Source: a virus. From it: a DNA stretch of 23,801 bases. Position 1 is the stretch's first letter; every line of letters starts with the position of its first letter. The position numbers were made by a program, and so were the translations under genes. This document shows positions 17,469-23,801 of the stretch, piece after piece. The notes beneath the pieces were generated by a model. It did no database searches, was not told the DNA's origin, and worked only from the letters and a program-made list of their open reading frames with translations. The stretch lies in IMG/VR virus record IMGVR_UViG_3300028195_000021. One strand, written 5' to 3'.

Positions 17469-19376
17469 CTAATATACATCACCAACTATTTTACCCTCAA
17501 TATCTACATTTGGAAATCTAATTTCAAATATTGATGGATCTCTAGCTGGATATATTACTCCATTTTTAACTACCGTGGGATCAGTAAAGTCATATAATAC
17601 TTCATTGTATCCTTTAGCAGTATTCCATTTGTTTTCTATAACAACTGGTAGATTAAATGGGTTGTCTGTCTTTGGTGGTACAACTCCGGCAACCCCGTCT
17701 ACATCACTTATAAGATTTGCTATATCGGTTGTTACTATCGGTTGATTGATTTGCCATTTCTCAATTCTAAAATGGTCTTGTATAGCCTTTGTTGCCCGTA
17801 ATAATACTTCAGATTTATTAAAATTCCTATTAACCAATATAGTATATTTTATTCCTATATTAATAATATATGCATCTTTAATATTAATAGCGTCAGTCAA
17901 AATTCTTGTTTCTCCAAGATATCTGGCTAAATTTTGTTTAACCAAATTATTACAAAGAGTTAATTTATTCGAAGCCGTGTATCCAAGAACATACATATTT
18001 AATGCTAATGGATTTGACTCTATATTATTACCTATTTCTAATAAATCATTCTGTACCACATATGCTTTAGCAATAGAACCATATTTAGGTGGAAGTGTAT
18101 ATGCTCTAATCACATAATCTTCTTTTGTTACTGACCTACTTTGTGCCTGAAAGAATGCCAATGCATTATTTCTAATTTCTTCAACTGATTCTTCACTCTG
18201 TCCTCCAGTAGCCTGGCTCGGATTGGTCACGGTTAATGAATTTTTAGCAGTAGTAACTTCTGATGTAGTTAATGTAGAATCTACTGCCGCGTAGACCAAA
18301 TTAGACCACGCATTTAAATCTCTTACTTTAGCATTATGTCCTACACCACCACCATGTGCATATGTGACTGTCAATACAGTATTGGTAGGTGCTTCTCCAT
18401 ATGCTCTCGTGTTAGTAAAATTCAATGGGTCAAAAGTAACTCCCAATTTAGTTGGTGACCCTGATATATTACTACCTACTGAAGTTGGGTTTGGTACTAT
18501 TTCTTCGTCGGGTGCAACCAATATTCCTGCACCAAATCTTAATTCTGTTTTTTTATCGGGTCTACGAAATGTTACATATCGTTTAGAAGTTTTTAATAAT
18601 TTTAAAACATATGGAGATGTACCTGCAAATTGTACTAAATTTTTATCATTATCTATATTATTCTCAAAATCACTCAATACAGTATCTTGTGCTAAGAATG
18701 GAACTTCATACCAAGTATTTCCGTCACTATCTGTTATTGAAATTACTTCTGTGATATCAGTTTTACCTAATAAAATACTATCATACTTTGTAGCTGCACC
18801 AAATGGGAATGTTTCCGAAGTAACCTCTCCACTAATTGCCTTAACTCGTTTTGTTATTTTATATCGGGTTGGAGTTCCAGTACTATCAGTTGCTGATACT
18901 TCAAACGTTCTTGGACTCGAAGAACTATTTACTTTAAAATTACAATCTTCCAATAATCTATAATCCACTCCAGTAGTATCACTTGAAACACGAGAATTAT
19001 ATCTAATATTAAGTGCATAATCCCAATCTGGTTCTAAATTATCGTCTGTACTGGCAGGTGCCGTATGTGTTAAAGTTAATTCTACTATTGCCGGTGTAAT
19101 AAATCTTGGTTTGTATCCTAACGATTGTGCTATATTATAAATCGTATTTTTTTCTTGTGCAAATGGTAATAAACTTTCTTTAAAAGTATCATCAATATAA
19201 TAATTTAATACATCTCCCACATATGCTGCCATTTCCACCATCATCATAGCAGGTGAGGTTTCATTAAAATCATTATAAACTGTAGGGTAGTATGTTTTTG
19301 CAAATTCAACTAAATTATTTCTTAAGCTTCCAAAGTCCTTTCCTAAATATTTTACCTGTTTATCAAATTCAGCCAT
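17469..19376 (-). CDS. gp6: Baseplate wedge subunit (T4 gp6 / baseplate J-like)
   Basis: KDFGSLRNNLVEFAKTYYP...DF.E.SP.MMMVEMAAYVGDVLNYYID N-terminus and GG..EESVEEIR.NA...F.AQ.R.VT.EDY motif. Confidence 0.9.
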   Translation of the reverse strand: MAEFDKQVKYLGKDFGSLRNNLVEFAKTYYPTVYNDFNETSPAMMMVEMAAYVGDVLNYYIDDTFKESLLPFAQEKNTIYNIAQSLGYKPRFITPAIVELTLTHTAPASTDDNLEPDWDYALNIRYNSRVSSDTTGVDYRLLEDCNFKVNSSSSPRTFEVSATDSTGTPTRYKITKRVKAISGEVTSETFPFGAATKYDSILLGKTDITEVISITDSDGNTWYEVPFLAQDTVLSDFENNIDNDKNLVQFAGTSPYVLKLLKTSKRYVTFRRPDKKTELRFGAGILVAPDEEIVPNPTSVGSNISGSPTKLGVTFDPLNFTNTRAYGEAPTNTVLTVTYAHGGGVGHNAKVRDLNAWSNLVYAAVDSTLTTSEVTTAKNSLTVTNPSQATGGQSEESVEEIRNNALAFFQAQSRSVTKEDYVIRAYTLPPKYGSIAKAYVVQNDLLEIGNNIESNPLALNMYVLGYTASNKLTLCNNLVKQNLARYLGETRILTDAINIKDAYIINIGIKYTILVNRNFNKSEVLLRATKAIQDHFRIEKWQINQPIVTTDIANLISDVDGVAGVVPPKTDNPFNLPVVIENKWNTAKGYNEVLYDFTDPTVVKNGVIYPARDPSIFEIRFPNVDIEGKIVGDVY

Positions 19377-19377
19377 T

Positions 19378-19785
19378 TTACTCTCCTGTCTCGTAGGTTA
19401 AAGAAACTTCTTCACCACTTGTTAAATCATTTTTTAAACTAAAATTTACATCAACATTCAATCTATTATCAATTTGTTCAATAACCGTTTCATTAACGGA
19501 TATATATGGTAGCCAAATATCAACCGCCTCTTTAATCATTTCTTCAACTCTATCAGGTATATCTGTACCTATGTTTTCAAATATCAACGTATGTATATCG
19601 CATCCAAATTCTGGATGAGCCAATCTCTCACCTTTCATAGTTAATAAAAGATTTTTTAAATTATGTTTAGCTTGTTCCAAGGTAGTTTTAGTTTTTCTAA
19701 AAATACCATCATTAGCAAATCCCAATGGAAATGCTAAACCTATAAAGGTATCTGGATCTTGGTCTTTTTCTCTTGAACTCCCCAT
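19378..19785 (-). CDS. gp25: Baseplate wedge subunit, GPW/gp25 family
   Basis: NLKNLLLTMKGERLAHPEFGCDIHTLIFE...IKEAVDIWLPYI signature, immediately upstream of gp6. Confidence 0.92.
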   Translation of the reverse strand: MGSSREKDQDPDTFIGLAFPLGFANDGIFRKTKTTLEQAKHNLKNLLLTMKGERLAHPEFGCDIHTLIFENIGTDIPDRVEEMIKEAVDIWLPYISVNETVIEQIDNRLNVDVNFSLKNDLTSGEEVSLTYETGE

Positions 19786-19786
19786 T

Positions 19787-20257
19787 TTATTTATTTTTCT
19801 TATCCATTGCTTTTATTAAAGAACTATAATCTCGTGTTAATGCATCTTGTGTTGCTTGAGGTACATCTTCCACTCTAACTCCTGGTACACTTTTGATAGT
19901 CTGAACCGCTCCTATTTCTCTCCTTTGTTCATCACTTCCTGCACCACGAATATCACCATATCCTAATAATTCTGCTGTTCTTGATGAATCAAAAGTTTCT
20001 CCGCTTAGAGTAGGATAATCTTCAAAACCTTCTTTTGGTGCTCCTTTAAATCCGGCTGTCTCATTTAAAATTTTATTAAGAGTTTTATCTTTAGAATAAA
20101 CTACAGGTTCTTCAGTAACTTTAGGTGTTGAAACTACCTTTGGTTTTGTTTTGGTTTTAATAGATTTACCTTCAGTAATAAATATTTTATTTATTTCTTT
20201 TTGTACTTCTTCTCGTACAGTTTTAGCTATATATTTTTTAAGTCCTTCTAACTTCAT
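19787..20257 (-). CDS. Hypothetical phage protein
   Basis: 156 aa with AGGAG RBS, tightly packed in the operon. Confidence 0.8.
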   Translation of the reverse strand: MKLEGLKKYIAKTVREEVQKEINKIFITEGKSIKTKTKPKVVSTPKVTEEPVVYSKDKTLNKILNETAGFKGAPKEGFEDYPTLSGETFDSSRTAELLGYGDIRGAGSDEQRREIGAVQTIKSVPGVRVEDVPQATQDALTRDYSSLIKAMDKKNK

Positions 20258-20280
20258 TTTATTATCTCCTAGTTTGTAAC

Positions 20281-20724
20281 TTATTTTTTACCTATGTTAT
20301 TTAAAGTTTCTCTGGCACTTTTTAATCCGTCTAATGCCTGCTTGATTGCACTCTTACCTTGTTCTTTAACTACTTCTTTAAGATCATCCGCCTGTTCTTT
20401 AGATTTTTCTCTTACTATAAGTGCCACTCCCGGTGAAAGGGCTGGGCCAGTTGGTGTTATAATTGGTGCAAGTGCTAACCCCTCTTGAGTTTTAATAGTA
20501 GTATCTAATCCCTTTATAATCTTTTCATTAGAGTCTAGCCTTTTTTCTATCTCTTCTAAATCTTCAGTTTTATTATTCAAGTCTTTTCTTAACTTCTCAA
20601 TATCTTCCCTGGTGAGAGTACCTTCATATTCCCCAACAGAAATTTTTGCCTCTACCGCATATATTCCATTTAGCTTTGATTGTAAATACTTTTCTAATTG
20701 TTTACCTAATGGTGTTTTTGCCAT
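20281..20724 (-). CDS. Hypothetical coiled-coil protein
   Basis: Two helical heptad-rich segments flanking a short Pro/Gly hairpin (APIITPTGPALSPG). Confidence 0.75.
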   Translation of the reverse strand: MAKTPLGKQLEKYLQSKLNGIYAVEAKISVGEYEGTLTREDIEKLRKDLNNKTEDLEEIEKRLDSNEKIIKGLDTTIKTQEGLALAPIITPTGPALSPGVALIVREKSKEQADDLKEVVKEQGKSAIKQALDGLKSARETLNNIGKK

Positions 20725-20726
20725 AA

Positions 20727-21194
20727 TTAACCTCTAATAGCTGCTACGGCGGTTGGTGTTCGTACTTTACCTGTTGGGCCTTTACTAAAGACTCCAGCTA
20801 CCCCACTAGCGAATGTATCATATAAATTTCCATGCTTTTGTTGGATTCCGAAACTTTTTGCCGCCGTTCTTAAATTATTTGTAGTGATTCCAAACTCGGA
20901 ATTTTCTCCTATTCTAACTTTCCATCTTTCTCCAACTTCTCCACCACTTGGTAATTTAATTTCCACTCTTGATTTAGATCCAGTTTTAATTATATCCCCA
21001 TTGTATAATTTATGTTTAGGCTTGCCTTTTGTACCATTTACAGTTACTTTTCCCAAAGGTAATGTTATGATTCCCAGTGGAGTCTCTAGTACTCGTATAG
21101 TATTTTCTTCAACCATATGGGTTTCCCAAATTATTTGTCGTTCACCGTTATCATCTATAGTTACTGTTTTTACTAATTGTTCTGTTTTCGGCAT
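20727..21194 (-). CDS. FecR-like domain protein (C-terminally truncated domain)
   Basis: LYNGDIIKTGSKSRVEIKL...VRIGENSEF...VRTPTAVAAIRG matches the FecR-domain pattern GD.I.TG..SR.EI....V.L.ENS...V.TP.AV..VRGT, but stops at RG. Confidence 0.65.
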   Translation of the reverse strand: MPKTEQLVKTVTIDDNGERQIIWETHMVEENTIRVLETPLGIITLPLGKVTVNGTKGKPKHKLYNGDIIKTGSKSRVEIKLPSGGEVGERWKVRIGENSEFGITTNNLRTAAKSFGIQQKHGNLYDTFASGVAGVFSKGPTGKVRTPTAVAAIRG

Positions 21195-21197
21195 ATT

Positions 21198-22304
21198 CTA
21201 ATATCCTGAATTGGTTATATAATCGTTAAGTTCTTCATCAGATTTCTTCGTGGGTGGATTACCTTCTGGATTTGTTTCATTCTTATATTTCGAATTAAAT
21301 ATTTGTCGTTGTATACTTTTTAAAATTGCTGTCTCTGAACTGAAAACGGCTCCCTGTACAGGTCCGCCTGATACAGTATTTACCTGGACACCACTAACAA
21401 ATTTATCCATTATACTAACAAGTTGATCTACTAAGTCTCTTATAAAATTTCCATGAACATATGGTTGTCCATTAATAAATATCTCAGGAGAATTAATAGA
21501 GACTTTTTTAAACCCATTGATAAATATTTCTTCTTTTTTAGATTGAAAAATCAACCTATCACTTTCTATTACTATTTGGTCTCCTGTTAATTCTGGAAAT
21601 TCATCTACCCCTTTAACTCTTTGTTTTAAATCTAAAGGTATTCTACTACCTTCTAAATAAATAACACTTCCTTCATTATCGAAATATGGTGTAAATAAAC
21701 CATCCTCATTAAATTTATTTGTATTATTTGTTATTCTCAAACAAGGCTGGGTTTCATTCTTACTGGTAAATTGTATAGTTTGGCCGAATCTACCATTAAT
21801 AAATTTATCCCCATCTTTATATCTTGGTAATGGTACAGTCTTTGTAACTTTGGTATCTTGAATTATAGCTGCTCTTTCCATTTCTGATGTAGTTGCATTA
21901 CCAGAAAGTGCTGGAGAAAAAATATTAAAATTTAAACTTCTATTTGCACTCCAATCTCTTATATAATAAAGTTCTGTTGCTTCTGGTGGAACTCCATATT
22001 CAAATACCATAACATATTCATTTTCAGAAGGTAAATCAAAATCTCTAAGTGAAAATGGTTTTATCCATCTATTCTTTAATGTAGTATTTTTTTCAGAAGT
22101 AACTAACCTACCTTGTATTGCTCCATATAATCCGGCATCTGAATTGTTACCTACAATATATACTTCTTTAACTTCACATATATCAAACTGAATATAACGA
22201 TACGCATCGGAATACTTTCGTATCATATGATACGCCTGATTTTGATTTACAAATCCATCAATACCTTTATCTACTACTACAGTATTATTTTCAATTATCG
22301 GCAT
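21198..22304 (-). CDS. Baseplate hub / central spike protein (gp5/VgrG-like, no lysozyme domain seen)
   Basis: N-terminal OB-fold-like region (CEVKEVY...GAIQGR...LPSENEYVMV). GDKFINGRFGQTIQF and GDQIVIESDRLIFQSKKEEIFI motifs. Positioned upstream of gp25 and gp6. Confidence 0.6.
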   Translation of the reverse strand: MPIIENNTVVVDKGIDGFVNQNQAYHMIRKYSDAYRYIQFDICEVKEVYIVGNNSDAGLYGAIQGRLVTSEKNTTLKNRWIKPFSLRDFDLPSENEYVMVFEYGVPPEATELYYIRDWSANRSLNFNIFSPALSGNATTSEMERAAIIQDTKVTKTVPLPRYKDGDKFINGRFGQTIQFTSKNETQPCLRITNNTNKFNEDGLFTPYFDNEGSVIYLEGSRIPLDLKQRVKGVDEFPELTGDQIVIESDRLIFQSKKEEIFINGFKKVSINSPEIFINGQPYVHGNFIRDLVDQLVSIMDKFVSGVQVNTVSGGPVQGAVFSSETAILKSIQRQIFNSKYKNETNPEGNPPTKKSDEELNDYITNSGY

Positions 22305-22677
22305 TTACTTTTTCTTTACTGTTTACTACATCTGTGTATTCTTGTGCTTCTTGTGCAACTTTTTCTATCGAACCTACTAATTGTTCTTTTTCTTTATCAG
22401 ATAACCCAAATTCATCTTCTGAACCTTTACTTTCAGAACTAACTAATCGTTGAACTATTGATGCCATCTTTACCAATTGTTCATCATTTTTTACTTTAAT
22501 TTCTAAATATTCTTTAACCGCAGGGATTAACTGTACTGCAGTATCACCATCTTTAATGAATCCCACTATCTCTTTTATAAGAATATCTAACTGTTTCTTA
22601 TTAGTTGTTGAATTATCATAGATGTCTTTGAATACATCGGATAACGATTTTCCTTCAAATACTTTAAAATCTGACAT
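22291..22677 (-). CDS. Conserved helical hypothetical phage protein
   Basis: 128 aa, first gene of the minus-strand operon. KEYLEIKVKNDEQLVKMASIVQRL helical motif; function not assignable by eye. Confidence 0.75.
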   Translation of the reverse strand: MSDFKVFEGKSLSDVFKDIYDNSTTNKKQLDILIKEIVGFIKDGDTAVQLIPAVKEYLEIKVKNDEQLVKMASIVQRLVSSESKGSEDEFGLSDKEKEQLVGSIEKVAQEAQEYTDVVNSKEKVNADN

Positions 22678-22714
22678 TTGTTTTCTCGTGTTGTTTGAAT
22701 TAGATTGACTCTAA

Positions 22715-22787
22715 TATAAATATAACTTTAAATTTATTCTGTTTTATATAAATATATACTAAAAAAAGAAATTCTCATATATAAATA
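22715..22787. promoter_or_regulatory. Divergent intergenic region with three TATAAATA/TATTTATA motifs
   Basis: Exact TATAAATA on + at 22715-22722, 22747-22754 and 22780-22787, between divergently transcribed genes. Confidence 0.5.
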
Positions 22788-22851
22788 GTTATATAAGAGG
22801 ACTTTTTATAGTCCTAATTAATGCAATACTAAACTAACTGGAGAAAAACCA

Positions 22852-23073
22852 ATGAGTGAAGTAGTAACAATGGTCAAAGGATGGGTAGAAGACATAGCGT
22901 CTCTATTGTTATCCTTTGTAGCCATCGGAGCCATAGGCGAAGTATTATTCGGCAGTGGTTTCTTTGGTGTTAATGTTATTAGTAACCTAACATCTATTAT
23001 AAATGGTTTTGGCGAATCTGGCTTTGCTGGATTAGTCGCGCTATTGGTGTTGGTGGGTTTATTTCGCAAGTAA
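22852..23073 (+). CDS. Small Gly-rich membrane protein (73 aa, about 2 hydrophobic segments)
   Basis: GGAG RBS. Hydrophobic segments IASLLLSFVAIGAIGEVLFG and GFAGLVALLVLVGLF. Only convincing plus-strand gene, followed by a terminator. Confidence 0.8.
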   Translation: MSEVVTMVKGWVEDIASLLLSFVAIGAIGEVLFGSGFFGVNVISNLTSIINGFGESGFAGLVALLVLVGLFRK

Positions 23074-23110
23074 ATGAGATGTGACATCCCGTCACTCACA
23101 TCTATGCATG

Positions 23111-23138
23111 AAAAACCCCGATTTAGTCGGGGTTTTTT
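23111..23138. terminator. Bidirectional intrinsic terminator
   Basis: Perfect 11-bp stem AAAAACCCCGA-tttag-TCGGGGTTTTT with A and T tracts, between convergent genes. Confidence 0.9.
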
Positions 23139-23149
23139 GTTTTTATAAG

Positions 23150-23707
23150 TTAGATAGAATCATCGTCCCAAAACGAATTAGTATTATTTAATCCTATAAG
23201 TTTGTTCATTTCTTCAGTAACTAATTCTCTATAATAACCATTACCATTCTTATATTCCAAAGATATATTGGCCTTTTTGTAATGTTTCATTTTCATCAAA
23301 TCTTTAAGTGTATACTTTTTCTTCTTTACTATAGTAGATAATTTCTTATTATCTTCTTTTGATAAAATTATACTCGTAAGTAATGGTGGTAATATCTCTT
23401 TTAACTTTTCGATTGTTATTGGTTCTTTTATATATTCATCCATAAGATATTTAGAAACTAATTTTCTTGAATAAACATGGTCATATGTGGGGCTCTTTCC
23501 TTTAGGAATTATTAAACCCTTAGATTTTAATCCACAAGGAAATCCACTAATAGAAAATTCATATAGTAAATTACTTATGGTTCGTTCAAATCTTGCAATT
23601 TGATCACCATTATATACTAAATGTTTTTTTCGCCAGACCAGTTCAAATTGATCGATAAGATTAACAAGCTCTGATTCTTGTCTTTTTTTTAATTTAATTT
23701 CTTGCAT
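23150..23707 (-). CDS. Hypothetical protein, possibly HNH/His-Me-like nuclease fold
   Basis: 185-aa basic protein with a YDHVYSRK motif followed by a distal N (EDNKKLS). Functional call is weak. Confidence 0.6.
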   Translation of the reverse strand: MQEIKLKKRQESELVNLIDQFELVWRKKHLVYNGDQIARFERTISNLLYEFSISGFPCGLKSKGLIIPKGKSPTYDHVYSRKLVSKYLMDEYIKEPITIEKLKEILPPLLTSIILSKEDNKKLSTIVKKKKYTLKDLMKMKHYKKANISLEYKNGNGYYRELVTEEMNKLIGLNNTNSFWDDDSI

Positions 23708-23801
23708 AACCTTGGTTTTTCATAAATTAAATAGAATTAAGCGTTAAATATAGAACCTGTATTGGTGGTGTCTATTTGTCCTAAGTTTTGATAATCATAT
23801 A

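Noticed and set aside
211-21200. Genome-wide amber (TAG) recoding, suggested by 4 of 7 TAG stops being in frame with the next gene (213, 2004, 9121, 21200)
   Set aside because: Long ORFs (1831, 923, 635 aa) are intact in the standard code. The other three TAG stops are out of frame, and one is followed by TAA two codons later. Most TAGs are explained by TAGGAG stop/RBS overlap. 4 of 7 at p=1/3 has a binomial tail of about 0.17.
6162-22304. Interpretation as a bacterial eCIS/T6SS/tailocin locus rather than a phage
   Set aside because: The T4-like gp6 plus a giant gp7-like gene, dense hypothetical genes and the absence of AAA-ATPase, TssJLM or eCIS hallmark genes fit a myovirus better. A capsid gene is not in the window, so this is not formally excluded.
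22291-22677. Possible small terminase subunit
   Set aside because: Size and helical character fit, but there is no diagnostic motif and no large terminase nearby.
1210-23099. Short opposite-strand or nested ORFs in the track (e.g. 1210-1395, 2156-2419, 3660-3872, 8251-8484, 8544-8861, 10859-11044, 11855-12064, 17746-18117, 18364-18963, 20294-20488, 20884-21201, 22227-22442, 22818-23099)
   Set aside because: They overlap well-supported genes, mostly antisense, have shadow-like compositions and show no recognisable motifs.
23080-23100. CRP-like site (TGTGA...TCACA)
   Set aside because: Spacing is 11 nt rather than 6, and the site lies downstream of a gene.
1-23801. CRISPR arrays, tRNA/rRNA genes, IS elements, integrase, DGR template/variable repeats
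   Set aside because: None seen by eye: intergenic gaps are short and no regularly spaced repeats, transposase or reverse transcriptase motifs were found.

Overview
This AT-rich window comes from a large contractile-tailed (myovirus-like) phage, and almost every gene is on the minus strand. Positions 6162-22677 are a baseplate/tail operon: gp5-like hub, FecR-like domain protein, gp25, gp6, a 1831-aa gp7-like wedge protein and two pairs of paralogous tail-collar-like proteins. Directly downstream (6003 to below 1) is a compact cell-envelope module. It encodes a secreted cohesin/dockerin protein ending in a type IX secretion (T9SS) C-terminal sorting domain, an adjacent PorV-family beta-barrel, a membrane-anchored coiled-coil protein, a CsgG-like lipoprotein and a second predicted outer-membrane beta-barrel. 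It also encodes a 22-aa, 7-Cys metallothionein-like peptide missed by the ORF track and a partial secreted protein. A lone plus-strand 73-aa membrane protein, a bidirectional terminator and a hypothetical gene close the window. Strong AGGAG Shine-Dalgarno usage together with T9SS-type parts suggests a non-Bacteroidota FCB host such as Marinisomatota/Marinimicrobia (inference). All family calls come from motif recognition by eye; no database searches were run.
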